DNA of 63,123 nt, the filler included, from Mycoplasmatota bacterium (GTDB lineage Bacteria; Bacillota_I; Bacilli_A; RF39; UBA660): assembly GCA_012727915.1 (NCBI GenBank). It is 12 parts of 12 records of this genome, joined end to end, with 100 filler letters (N's around TTAATTAATTAA, not from the genome) between each part and the next. Parts side by side here need not be neighbours in the genome. Positions count along the whole stretch, not along the records: positions 48,984 to 56,425 come from JAAYGD010000068.1; positions 56,526 to 59,486 come from JAAYGD010000069.1; positions 59,587 to 61,088 come from JAAYGD010000071.1; positions 61,189 to 63,123 come from JAAYGD010000076.1; 8 more parts are not named here. The stretch is one strand, 5' to 3'. This document shows, piece after piece, positions 53,326 to 63,123 of the stretch (its first letter is position 1; the number at the start of each line of letters is the position of its first letter). Both the position numbers and the translations under genes were made by a program. A model generated the notes under the pieces. That model was not told the origin of the DNA. It searched no databases and worked only from the letters and a program-made list of their open reading frames with translations.

Positions 53326-54015
53326 TTATTTCTTTTTAATTTTTTCTTTTACTAATACTGATTCTAATCTTAAAGAATCAGAAATATTTGGTTCTTCAAA
53401 TTTCTTTTCTATTAAAGAATATGCAACATCTTTTAAATAAGGAAAGTTTTTAAACTCAATTGACAATTCTGGCCCATTTAATAAAGAATGTCTATCATCA
53501 GATTCTACACATATATATTTTTTATCATTTAAACATTCTAAATATTCATCAATATCTTCAGTATCCCAATCACCATAAAGTGATTTTAAATTTTTTATTT
53601 TTTCTATATTATCATTAGTTGAAATTATATTATAATAATTATCAAATATATTAAAATCAAAAAAACGAGTTATATTGGATAATGGATATAAATATTCATT
53701 TATTCCTCTAATTAATGAATATTCTTGATTTTCTTTTTTTGTTAAATATTTAATTAAAAATGGATATAATAAATTAACATCAAATGTTGTTAAATCTGAA
53801 AACATATTAAAATATCTTTCCTTTATATATTTAGCTTGATTTATTTCATTTCTTTTTTCATATGCTAAATTCCTAATTTTTTTTCTTTTGGAGGATAAAA
53901 TAGAAGAATAATCTAATTCATTTAATAATTGTTCTTCTTCTTTAATTAAATCTTTTTCTTCTTTTGTATATTTTACAATTACACTTTTTAAATCATCAAT
54001 AGTTTTTAATTCCAT
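53326..54015 (-). CDS. Hypothetical protein
   Basis: 229-aa ORF with AAGGA SD. Confidence 0.65.
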   Translation of the reverse strand: MELKTIDDLKSVIVKYTKEEKDLIKEEEQLLNELDYSSILSSKRKKIRNLAYEKRNEINQAKYIKERYFNMFSDLTTFDVNLLYPFLIKYLTKKENQEYSLIRGINEYLYPLSNITRFFDFNIFDNYYNIISTNDNIEKIKNLKSLYGDWDTEDIDEYLECLNDKKYICVESDDRHSLLNGPELSIEFKNFPYLKDVAYSLIEKKFEEPNISDSLRLESVLVKEKIKKK

Positions 54016-54026
54016 AATATTATCCT

Positions 54027-55184
54027 TTATTTATTAATAAGTCTTATATATTCATCATAAACTTCTTTAGCAATAGTATCCCATGTTTTATATAAATCTT
54101 TATGTGCATTTTCACTAACTTCATTATAATGTTTTTCATCATTAAGAATATCTATAATTTTTTTAGCGAATTTTTTAGGATTATTTTTTCCAAAAAATCC
54201 ATTTACTTCACTAGTAACTAAAAAAGCTGTTGGTGCATTTTCAATAAATATTGTTGGAGTTTTTTGACTAGAAGCTTCAATTTGAACTAGTGAATTTGTA
54301 TCAAATAAAGATGGGAAAACGAACAATTTTGCTCTTCGATAAATCTTAGCAAGTAGCTCTCTGTCAGTTATTTTACCACACATAATAACATCATTATTCA
54401 AATCAAATCTATTAACCTTTTTAATTAATTTATTTTTGTCTGGACCTTCACCAACAAAAAGCATCTTGAATTTTTTCTTTTTATCTTTTAATATCTTTAG
54501 GACATCAACTATAAACATAATGTTTTTTACTGAAGTAATTCTTCCAACAAACAAGAAGACAATATCATCTTGTTTAATATGATATAACTTATTAATTTCT
54601 ATATCGGACTTTTTCTTGTTCTCAATTAATTTTAAATCTGTAGCATTTTGAAATATTTTTACTTCTTTACTATAACCATATTCTTTATATATTTCTCCAA
54701 TTTTTTTATTAACTGAAAAACACTGATCACACTGTTCATAAACTTTTATAGCTTGATTAGTTATTAAATCAGTTATTGCGTGTGATTTAGTATATTTATA
54801 TAATTCAAATTTCATTAGTGTGTGCATTGTTCCAATTACAGGTATATTTAATAATTTAGCAACATCTATTCCTAATTTGCCAAGACTAAATGGAGAATGA
54901 ATATGAATAATATCAAATTTTTCATTGACTAATCTTTTTAGTATTTTAATATCCATTTTAGGTATTCCATATGTATAAGTAGTTAAAGGTATTTTTATAC
55001 TTTTAACTCTAATTACTTTATAGTCAAACTTAATACCTCTATCTTTTAATCCATAAGAAGGACATACTACTACAACTTCACACTTTTTAGATAATTTTTT
55101 AGCATAATTATCTACAACCATTACAACTCCGTCTATCATTGGAAAGTAACTATCTATAAACAAACCTACTTTAATTTTTTTCAT
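54027..55184 (-). CDS. GT4 glycosyltransferase (diacylglycerol glucosyltransferase-like)
   Basis: DSYFPMIDGV, IIHIHSPF, TMHT, FVFPS. Confidence 0.85.
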   Translation of the reverse strand: MKKIKVGLFIDSYFPMIDGVVMVVDNYAKKLSKKCEVVVVCPSYGLKDRGIKFDYKVIRVKSIKIPLTTYTYGIPKMDIKILKRLVNEKFDIIHIHSPFSLGKLGIDVAKLLNIPVIGTMHTLMKFELYKYTKSHAITDLITNQAIKVYEQCDQCFSVNKKIGEIYKEYGYSKEVKIFQNATDLKLIENKKKSDIEINKLYHIKQDDIVFLFVGRITSVKNIMFIVDVLKILKDKKKKFKMLFVGEGPDKNKLIKKVNRFDLNNDVIMCGKITDRELLAKIYRRAKLFVFPSLFDTNSLVQIEASSQKTPTIFIENAPTAFLVTSEVNGFFGKNNPKKFAKKIIDILNDEKHYNEVSENAHKDLYKTWDTIAKEVYDEYIRLINK

Positions 55185-55858
55185 AACTCACCTACTATAT
55201 CATTAATAACATAACTTGAACATAATAAACCAGCGGTTAAAGGGACAATACTATTTGAACCTACTGGTTTACTTATTTTTAAAGGTTGCTCTGTTGAAGA
55301 AACTACATTAACATGATTAATACCAATATGTTTTAATTCTTTTCTAATAATTCTTGCTAATGGATCGTATTTTGTTTTACTTATATCTGTTATTTCTAGT
55401 TTTGAAGGATCAAATTTATTCCCTGTTCCCATTGAACTTATTATATTTATATTTCTTTTAATACAATTTTGAATTAATAATAATTTAGTATCAACAGTAT
55501 CACAAGCATCAATAACATAATCTATCTTATATTTAAATAATTCATTAATATTATCTTTATCTAAAAATAAGTCTAATATTATTACATTACATTCATTATT
55601 AATTTTTTTAATTCTTTTTTCTGCCACATATACTTTTTTTTGATTAATATTGTCATTTAGAGATAATATTTGTCTATTTAAATTAGATACATCAACAATA
55701 TCATAATCTACTATTATAATATTCGATATACCACTTCTAACTATAGATTCTAAAGCCATACCACCTACTCCACCTAAACCTATAATGGCAACTGTAGTAT
55801 TCTTTAATTTATATATATTTTCTTTACCAATCATTATTTCTAATCTATTTAACCACAT
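55181..55858 (-). CDS. tcdA: tRNA threonylcarbamoyladenosine dehydratase (ThiF family)
   Basis: GLGGVG, SNLNRQ, SSMGTG, DPLAR; true start is 55858 because the longer ORF overlaps 6S RNA. Confidence 0.88.
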   Translation of the reverse strand: MWLNRLEIMIGKENIYKLKNTTVAIIGLGGVGGMALESIVRSGISNIIIVDYDIVDVSNLNRQILSLNDNINQKKVYVAEKRIKKINNECNVIILDLFLDKDNINELFKYKIDYVIDACDTVDTKLLLIQNCIKRNINIISSMGTGNKFDPSKLEITDISKTKYDPLARIIRKELKHIGINHVNVVSSTEQPLKISKPVGSNSIVPLTAGLLCSSYVINDIVGEL

Positions 55859-55871
55859 ATAACCACCAAAA

Positions 55872-56054
55872 ATCCCATAGATACGAGAATCAATTGCGAT
55901 AAACCCCTGCATATTACAGGTGGGCACCACGATGTAACTTTTAGGATTCCTACAACACTTAATGGATAGGCATTCACAAACACCAGCTATATCTTTCGGT
56001 TCCCTAATTATCGACTTAGTCGGATTTATGATTGATCCTCAAAATCTATAGGAT
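55872..56054 (-). ncRNA. ssrS: 6S RNA
   Basis: Terminal stem ATCCTATAGAT/ATCTATGGGAT; GGGAACC and GGTGCCCACCTG...CAGG motifs; TG-n-TACAAT -10; upstream of tcdA/yrvM as in Bacillus. Confidence 0.85.
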
Positions 56055-56129
56055 AAACTAATTGTAGCATACGTTATAAATAATTTATAGTTTATAAAAG
56101 TTTACATAATGGTTTTTTACTAATATAAT

Positions 56130-56425
56130 TTAATCTTCATTTTTATTTTTTATATATCCATTAATAGTATTTAAATTTACATTTTCTAAACTTCTAAAAA
56201 TATTAATATCAATATTTTTATTATCTATTTTTAAATTCTTTATTAGTTCTTTAATTTCTCTTCTTTTACTTGAATATTTTAAACTTGTAACAGAACATGC
56301 ACAATCTAAAAACTTTAAATTATTAGAATTTGCCCAGTACTTTATATCTTCTTCTTTAATATAATACATAGGTCTTATTAATTCCATACCTTCAAAATTA
56401 TCACTATTTAATTTGGGAGGCATTC
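56130..56425 (-). CDS. TtcA-like tRNA 2-thiocytidine protein, C-terminal part
   Basis: LIRPMYYIKE, CAC and KRREIKELI motifs. Confidence 0.7.
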
Positions 56426-56525
56426 NNNNNNNNNNNNNNNNNNNNNNNNNNNNNNNNNNNNNNNNNNNNTTAATTAATTAANNNNNNNNNNNNNNNNNNN
56501 NNNNNNNNNNNNNNNNNNNNNNNNN

Positions 56526-58025
56526 GTACCAGCACCAGAAGTAGCGGATATAAATAGAGGAGAAATAAGAGCAGAAGAAGCAACATCAGAAGTAAATGTA
56601 ACAGGAGAAACAACAAAACCAACAATGGAACAACCATATAGAGGACCAGTAGAAGTAATTATACCTTCTAAGCCTTCACCAGATGGGGTTGTTATTAATA
56701 CGCCTACTCAAAATACAGATGTTATAATACCAAATACAGATGGAGTTGGAATGACTCAACCATATAGAGGACCAGTAGATGTAATTATACCTCCAGAACC
56801 TCCATCAGATGGAGTTGTTATTCCTGTACCTCCTGGAATTATTCCGGATGATAATATTCTTATTCCAGGAAGAGATCCATTTTTAAGAGATTTTGTTCCT
56901 ATTGTTCCACCTCCATTTGTTGATTTACCTGATGATATTGATTTACCCGATTTCCCAGGAGGTAATCCGGATCCTGATATACCAGTAATTAAACCAGAAA
57001 AAGAAATTGTTGTTCCACCACCAATTAAAAAGAAAAAATATAATTTAATTGATGAAGCTATTTTATGTACAATTGTTGTTAGAGGAATAGATAATGCTAT
57101 GAATGCATTAGATAATTTATTTGAAAATGGAAGTTATGATGGATTTAGTGTTCGTAGACCAACTGAAGGATTTGATATTAATTATATTAGAATACTAGCG
57201 TCATTTACTCCTGATGAAATATTTAATTATTTATATAAAAGAGTTAAGTTTTATTACGGAGTAGATTACTCTAAAGAAGATGTAGAATTTATAATTTTTA
57301 AATATATTATAATGTTAATAAATGAAAGAACTGCATATAGTGGTAATATATTAGGAATAGATTCTTCAAGTGAAATAAAATCAGCATCTAATTCAGTAGT
57401 AAGTCATACTATAAATAATTATCCACAAGTTGGAGAAAATGGAGAATTAAACTATTATTTAAAAGGGCCTATAATAGGTAATATTTTATCTAATGTAAAA
57501 TCTATTGAAGAAGTTAATTTTAGTGGTAATAAATTTGAAATAGGACAATCATTAAATTTCTCAGGATTAGCTAGGGAAAAATTCTCTGCATTTACAAGAG
57601 AATTAACTGCAAATGTTGATTATACTAGATTAAATGATAATACTAAACTCCCTAATCATGAAGAAATTGGAAACATAAAAAATTCAAAATTATTATTTCC
57701 AAAAATTAGTAATGATTATTCATTGAATTATAATGAAAGTACGAGTACAAGTACTAAAGTAGTAAGAGTAACTCTTGATACCGGAGAACAAGTTTATATA
57801 GAAGATCCAAGAGACTTACTATGTAGAGAATATAATGAATATATTAATAATATGGGTACTGAAAATGATATATTAAGAGATGAAAAAGATGTATTCTCAC
57901 TTTATAATGGATTATCAGAATTATATGGAAGTGAAGAATTAGATAATTATGTAAAATCATCTTTAAGTTCAGATATTCAAGTTGGAAAAAGAGATATTAT
58001 AGAATTTAGAAGTACATTAAAATAA
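56526..58025 (+). CDS. Pro-rich repeat hypothetical protein (5' truncated)
   Basis: Repeat MxQPYRGPVxVIIPxxPxxDGVVI x2, followed by a globular region. Confidence 0.7.
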   Translation, partial: VPAPEVADINRGEIRAEEATSEVNVTGETTKPTMEQPYRGPVEVIIPSKPSPDGVVINTPTQNTDVIIPNTDGVGMTQPYRGPVDVIIPPEPPSDGVVIPVPPGIIPDDNILIPGRDPFLRDFVPIVPPPFVDLPDDIDLPDFPGGNPDPDIPVIKPEKEIVVPPPIKKKKYNLIDEAILCTIVVRGIDNAMNALDNLFENGSYDGFSVRRPTEGFDINYIRILASFTPDEIFNYLYKRVKFYYGVDYSKEDVEFIIFKYIIMLINERTAYSGNILGIDSSSEIKSASNSVVSHTINNYPQVGENGELNYYLKGPIIGNILSNVKSIEEVNFSGNKFEIGQSLNFSGLAREKFSAFTRELTANVDYTRLNDNTKLPNHEEIGNIKNSKLLFPKISNDYSLNYNESTSTSTKVVRVTLDTGEQVYIEDPRDLLCREYNEYINNMGTENDILRDEKDVFSLYNGLSELYGSEELDNYVKSSLSSDIQVGKRDIIEFRSTLK

Positions 58026-58173
58026 TAAAAGAATTAAACTATTAATTAATTAATAGTTTTTTATTTTGATATGGAATAAAAATATTAATCTAAAATAACA
58101 ATAAGCAAATAGGGGTAATCAGGTTATTTAATATAAAACATGCTATAATTTTTGTAAGTGAAAGGAGAAATAA

Positions 58174-59286
58174 ATGAAAGTAATATATCCAAATTACAAT
58201 AAATGTTTAGTGAATCTTAGTAATTCTATTTTAAAGTATTTTGAAGCTGATTGTTATCATAGTTCTTTGGAAGAAGTAGATAAAATTTTAAAAAACCATC
58301 AATATAAAAATGTTGTACTTATATTGAATGATGGGTTAGGTTCAAAAATATTAGAAAGAAACTTATCTAATGAATCTTTTTTAATTAAACATAAAATAAA
58401 GGATATTACTTCAGTTTTTCCCGCTACAACTATTGCTTCTACTACAAGTGTTACTACAGGATTAAATCCTATTGAACATGGATGGTTGGGTTGGTATTTA
58501 TATGTAAAAGATATTGATAAAACAATAGTAACATATTTAAACACTATAAAAGATACAGATACTCCTGCTGCTGATTATAATGTTGCTAGAACCTTTCTTC
58601 CTTATAAATCAGTTTTTGAAAATATTAATGAAAAAGGTAAATATAAAGCATATGGAGTTTCACCATATGAAGATGTAAAATATGAATTTGAAAAACCAGA
58701 TGAAATGTATAAAAGGATTATTGAGTTATGTCAATTAGAAGGTAAAAAGTTTATATATTGTTATTATAATGAACCAGATCATTTAATGCATGATTTTGGT
58801 GTAAGTGATGATAAAGTAAAAAACAATATTGAATATATAAATAATAAAATAGAAGAAATGTGTTCTTCATTAAAAGATACTTTAGTAATTGTTACAGCTG
58901 ATCATGGTTTGATTGATGTTGAGCATACATATTTAGTTGATTATCCTTCAATACAAGAAACTCTTATAAGAGAGACTTCAATTGAACCAAGAGCAACAAC
59001 TTTTTTTGTGAAGCCAAATCAAAAGAATACTTTTGTTAATGAATTTAATAAATATTTTAAAAATGATTTTATTTTATTAACTAAAGAAGAAGTAATAGAT
59101 AAACATTTATTTGGAGATGGTAAAGAGAATATAAGATTTAATTCTAGTTTAGGAGATTATTTAGCGATTGCAATATCTAATAAATGTATTGATGATAAAG
59201 TAACTTCAAATCCACTTAAAGCAATGCATGCTGGTATTACAGAAGATGAGGTATTAGTTCCATTAATTATTATTGAAAAAAAATAA
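58174..59286 (+). CDS. Alkaline phosphatase superfamily (nucleotide pyrophosphatase/phosphodiesterase type)
   Basis: LILNDGLG, SVFPATT, EPDHLMH, TADHG, MHAG. Confidence 0.88.
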   Translation: MKVIYPNYNKCLVNLSNSILKYFEADCYHSSLEEVDKILKNHQYKNVVLILNDGLGSKILERNLSNESFLIKHKIKDITSVFPATTIASTTSVTTGLNPIEHGWLGWYLYVKDIDKTIVTYLNTIKDTDTPAADYNVARTFLPYKSVFENINEKGKYKAYGVSPYEDVKYEFEKPDEMYKRIIELCQLEGKKFIYCYYNEPDHLMHDFGVSDDKVKNNIEYINNKIEEMCSSLKDTLVIVTADHGLIDVEHTYLVDYPSIQETLIRETSIEPRATTFFVKPNQKNTFVNEFNKYFKNDFILLTKEEVIDKHLFGDGKENIRFNSSLGDYLAIAISNKCIDDKVTSNPLKAMHAGITEDEVLVPLIIIEKK

Positions 59287-59353
59287 TAATAACTTATACT
59301 ATTTGTTTTATTTATTGAAAAATATTATGATATAATTTTTATGGAGTACACTA

Positions 59354-59486
59354 ATGAATAATGAATTAATGGAATATTATAATATATTATGTAATGGAAA
59401 TTATCCTATTTTTATTGATGAGTATTTTAATACTAATGAATTAAATAGGTTAAAGAATATTGGTCAGTTTTGTGGTTATGATTATA
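59354..59486 (+). CDS. Probable HD-domain phosphohydrolase N-terminus (truncated)
   Basis: ELNRLKNIGQFCG resembles the RLxxIxQ of HD/dNTPase proteins. Confidence 0.45.
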
Positions 59487-59644
59487 NNNNNNNNNNNNNN
59501 NNNNNNNNNNNNNNNNNNNNNNNNNNNNNNTTAATTAATTAANNNNNNNNNNNNNNNNNNNNNNNNNNNNNNNNNNNNNNNNNNNNGTAATAATATATAT
59601 AGAAACAGCCAAGTAAAAAGACCATAAGTTAAAATGGTCTTTTT

Positions 59645-60733
59645 TTATTTTTCTTCATATAGTTTAACTGGTATATCCATTTCTTTACCGTTTCTATTAA
59701 TTTTAAATACCGGTGAATCTCCAACTTTATTTTTATATAGATAATACTTTAACGATGGCATTGTTTCAATGACATTATCATCAATTTTTATTATTACATC
59801 GCCAATTTCAAGACCTGCTTTTTTAGCATTTGAACCTTCATTTACCGCACTTATAACAATGCCTGTTCGAAGATTCGGATCTACTTTTATATCACCTGAG
59901 TAAAATCTTAATTTGTTGACTTCAAATCCACCAATTCCAAGTGAAGGTCGTACTAACTTTCCGTCTTTTTCAATTATATTGGCAAATTCAATCGCGTCTT
60001 CAATAGGAATGGCAAAACCCATGCCTTCAACGCCTGTTGCCATTAATTTTGATGATGTTATACCTATTACTTCGCCATTAGAGTTAGATAGTGGTCCACC
60101 ACTATTTCCAGAATTTATTGATGCATCTGTTTGGATAACACGCATTATATAATCAGAGCCCCAGAAACTACCTGTTGTATTTACCTCGATCATACGATCT
60201 TTGCCTGAAATTATTCCTCTTGTCACAGAACCAGAATAAATATTATTAAGCGGTGCTCCTACAGTAAATACTGTATCACCTAATCTTACTTTTTCGCTAT
60301 TACCAATTTCCGCTACTTTTTCTGCATATTTAGCATCAGTTGTTAAAACTGCAACATCATTATATTGATCACTACCTAAAACTTTCGCATCAACAGTTTC
60401 CCCATTGGTTAAAATAATTCTAATTTTGTCACCTTTACTAACAACATGGTAGTTTGTTAATAAAAATGCTTTATCTTTTGTTTTTTTATAAAAGAATCCT
60501 GTTCCAAAACCGATAACTCTTTCTTGAAGATGAACTTCAACGACTACAACAGCATCATATATTTTTTCAACTGAGTCTGCTATACCTAAATCAGTTACTG
60601 TTACTTCTTTTTCTTGTTTATTTATTATTGTTTGGGGTTCTTTTTCTGAAGTAAAGTAAACAATTAAATAAGTGCCTATTACTCCTACAAAGAACATTAC
60701 TATACCAACAATTATTGTTTTTCCTTTTTCCAT
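59645..60733 (-). CDS. htrA: HtrA/DegP serine protease with PDZ domain
   Basis: TNYHVV, DVAVL, QTDASINSGNSGGPL, and PDZ domain. Confidence 0.94.
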   Translation of the reverse strand: MEKGKTIIVGIVMFFVGVIGTYLIVYFTSEKEPQTIINKQEKEVTVTDLGIADSVEKIYDAVVVVEVHLQERVIGFGTGFFYKKTKDKAFLLTNYHVVSKGDKIRIILTNGETVDAKVLGSDQYNDVAVLTTDAKYAEKVAEIGNSEKVRLGDTVFTVGAPLNNIYSGSVTRGIISGKDRMIEVNTTGSFWGSDYIMRVIQTDASINSGNSGGPLSNSNGEVIGITSSKLMATGVEGMGFAIPIEDAIEFANIIEKDGKLVRPSLGIGGFEVNKLRFYSGDIKVDPNLRTGIVISAVNEGSNAKKAGLEIGDVIIKIDDNVIETMPSLKYYLYKNKVGDSPVFKINRNGKEMDIPVKLYEEK

Positions 60734-60742
60734 AATTTCCTC

Positions 60743-61088
60743 CTATTCCATATTTAATATATCTTTATAATTAATTGGAAAACCTATTTTATCAAATACC
60801 TTTGAGATAGTAATTGAATTTAATTTTCCAGATAAGATATCTGCTTCATAAGATATTTCTCTAACTAATAATCTAAATTCCTCTTCTCTAAGCATCATTT
60901 TCATGATTATTATTACAGCAAACAAATCATTTTTACCATAAATATATTCACCATCCATTAAAGGAATATTTAATGCATAATGATATTTGTTATCTAATAT
61001 TTTTCTTTGAGTACGATGATTATATAAAATATCTTCATGTGCGCATAAATTTCTAAAATTAGATAATATTGGTAAAAATATTAATAAA
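60743..61088 (-). CDS. Abi_2/AbiF-family HEPN protein, C-terminal part
   Basis: Frame extends to the contig edge: LPILSNFRNLCAHEDILY (RxxxxH)... ending IGFPINY. Confidence 0.7.
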
Positions 61089-61236
61089 NNNNNNNNNNNN
61101 NNNNNNNNNNNNNNNNNNNNNNNNNNNNNNNNTTAATTAATTAANNNNNNNNNNNNNNNNNNNNNNNNNNNNNNNNNNNNNNNNNNNNAATACTCCTCAA
61201 TGTTTATTATTTTTATTATAGCACAATAGAATCTAT

Positions 61237-61578
61237 TTACTTCTCCATATAGCTATCTGTAATACTTTTATTTGTAGTACCATCTTCATTCTTATAATCC
61301 CAATTACGATTAAGTATATTAGTTATATTATAATCTTCTACACTCCAATATTTATGATTATTAACAAATATTACTTTATATTCTTTATTCCAAAATATTT
61401 CTATCTCATCATAGTGTTCTTCTATATATCTATTTAAAGCTCTTATTTCGTCTAAATACTCTGAAGTATATTCTACTATTACATATTCATGAGGAGCTCT
61501 ATTTGAGTATGTTTTAGCGTATCTAAATGTATATTTACTAACTATATCTTCAAATTCTTTTTTATTATTTATTATCAT
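61237..61578 (-). CDS. Hypothetical protein
   Basis: FRYAKTY...APHEY motif; AAGGA SD. Confidence 0.65.
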   Translation of the reverse strand: MIINNKKEFEDIVSKYTFRYAKTYSNRAPHEYVIVEYTSEYLDEIRALNRYIEEHYDEIEIFWNKEYKVIFVNNHKYWSVEDYNITNILNRNWDYKNEDGTTNKSITDSYMEK

Positions 61579-61590
61579 ATTTATCCTTTT

Positions 61591-62154
61591 TTATAATTTA
61601 TTAAATTCTTCTATTAGTAATCCATAATCATAAAAATCTCTATATTCATTTGATTCAGCAACAAATGCTTGTTTTCTTCTGGTTCCTTCTAATATAAAGC
61701 CTAATTTTTCTAACACCCTCTTTGATGAATCGTTTCCTTCAATTGTATCAGCATAGATTTTATTCAAATTTAATTTTTTAAAACCTACTTCAATTAATTT
61801 TTTACATGCCTCGGTACAATAACCTTTATTACAATAGTCATAATCAAATAAATATGATATTTCTGCATTTTTATTTATTTCATCAATTTTTAAACCCGCA
61901 AACCCTATTGGTACATTATCTTTTAAATAAATAGTCAAAGAACCAGCATATCCATTTTTAAACTTACTAGCTTTTTTTTCTAAAAAATCAATTCTCTCTT
62001 CCCTTGTTTTGTTCTTAATTCCCCCTAAATATTTTTGGGTTGTTTCTTGTTTATCTAGTTTTAACATTAATTCAATATCTTCTACTGATGTGGGTTTAAT
62101 TATTAATCTTTCGGTTTCTAAAGGAAGTAAATTTATAAATTTTTCATTCTTCAT
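61591..62154 (-). CDS. RimJ/RimL-family GNAT acetyltransferase
   Basis: LETERL, NKGYCTEA, NDSSKRVLEKLGF. Confidence 0.88.
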   Translation of the reverse strand: MKNEKFINLLPLETERLIIKPTSVEDIELMLKLDKQETTQKYLGGIKNKTREERIDFLEKKASKFKNGYAGSLTIYLKDNVPIGFAGLKIDEINKNAEISYLFDYDYCNKGYCTEACKKLIEVGFKKLNLNKIYADTIEGNDSSKRVLEKLGFILEGTRRKQAFVAESNEYRDFYDYGLLIEEFNKL

Positions 62155-62348
62155 TTTTTTCCTCCAATATATTAATCACTGACTCATAAACCTCTTTTGG
62201 TTTAATTGTATTGATACAATTATAGCTGTTGCCAAATGGTTTATAAATTTCTTTACATTTATAATTTGTTTTTTTCACTCATTTAAATTATAGCATAAAA
62301 AAACAGACTAAATTAAGCCAAAAGTTAATATTTATTCTTTTATTATTT

Positions 62349-62690
62349 TTAATAAAATATTTTTATTGCTACTTCTTTTCCAATACCTTTATTCTTATAT
62401 GCATTTAATATAAACATTTCTAAAAAATTATAATTACCTTTTTCCTTATTTAAAACCATAAAATTATCGTCAATTAATACAAATCCAGCATACTTTCCAT
62501 CTACTTTAACAAAAAAAGCATGATGATTTTCATCTCCATTAAAGTAAAAATCAATTTCATTATATTCAAATAATCCATGTTCATTTAAATCCATAGGTAA
62601 AGATGCAGTGATATCATGCAAATATAATTGAAACATATTATTTAATACACTTTTATCTTTCTTATCTATTTTTTATAAATCAATTTTCAT
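62349..62690 (-). pseudogene. GNAT acetyltransferase pseudogene
   Basis: AGGAGG-ATG at 62690, in-frame TAA at codon 6, and ends right after KGIGKEVA. Confidence 0.65.
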
Positions 62691-62798
62691 TATTCCTCCT
62701 ATCTTTTTTAATGTCTTTCTTTTATTTGGTTTTTAAAACTTCATAGCATTCTCCATGAATTATCATTACTATAATATATTTCTTTCATAAATTTATCC

Positions 62799-63123
62799 TT
62801 ATAAATCCCTTATTATTTCTACATTTGTATAATTCTTAAGTTCTATTGCAAAAGAAGATGCTTTAGATTTAGGAACTAGCATATATATCTTATTCTTAGT
62901 TCTAGTTAAAGCCACATAGAATAGTCTTCTTTCTTCTGGATAATCTACTGGTTCATCTATCTTTGGCTTAATTAATTTCATAACTGGTTCGTCTTCTATT
63001 TTAGAAGGAAATCCATATATACCATCTTCCAAATCTAAAAGAACACAATAATCATATCCTAATCCCTTTGCTTTATGAATAGTAAGAAAATCTATATGCA
63101 TATCTTTATGATTTAAAGAGATT
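62799..63123 (-). CDS. UvrD/HelD-family helicase C-terminus
   Basis: TIHKAKGLG and EERRLFYVALTRTK. Confidence 0.88.
   Translation of the reverse strand, partial: ISLNHKDMHIDFLTIHKAKGLGYDYCVLLDLEDGIYGFPSKIEDEPVMKLIKPKIDEPVDYPEERRLFYVALTRTKNKIYMLVPKSKASSFAIELKNYTNVEIIRDL

Noticed and set aside
6828..60152. Short antisense or overlapping ORFs (e.g. 6828, 7448, 11300, 13435, 15413, 32487, 36055, 43300, 58299, 59913)
   Set aside because: Shadows of well-supported genes on another strand or frame, with no SD or motifs
62150..62282. Short frame ...CINTIKPKEVYESVINILEEKNEE* upstream of the GNAT gene
   Set aside because: No in-frame start; probably a gene remnant, too short to assign

Overview
This AT-rich window is not one locus. 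It is 12 contigs joined by eleven artificial 100-nt linkers (N44-TTAATTAATTAA-N44), so gene neighbourhood is only meaningful within a contig. The gene content fits a walled, low-GC, reduced-genome Bacillota using genetic code 11; an RF39-like Bacilli MAG is my inference. Housekeeping genes include ftsY-ylxM-ffh, topA, mraZ-rsmH-ftsL-pbp, recD2, pyk, polC, rimM-trmD-rplS-lepB, rnhB, xerD, rarA, tcdA and htrA. The highlight is an unannotated ~570-nt OLE (ornate, large, extremophilic) ncRNA at 17966-18537. It has its own promoter and terminator and is separated from its partner gene oapA (19753-20268) by ~1.2 kb of antisense genes. The ole and oapA promoters are near-identical, and the RNA sits among three degenerate M3-peptidase-like paralogs next to the SRP genes. 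Also present are a 6S RNA, an L19 leader, MraZ boxes, an AbiEi operator whose partner gene is not AbiEii, a shared OmpR-type box, a SpoT-type HD/kinase fusion, a TrmD with a long C-terminal extension, pilin-like and Cys-rich surface proteins, and several out-of-frame internal deletions. All family calls come from motif recognition by eye; no searches were run.
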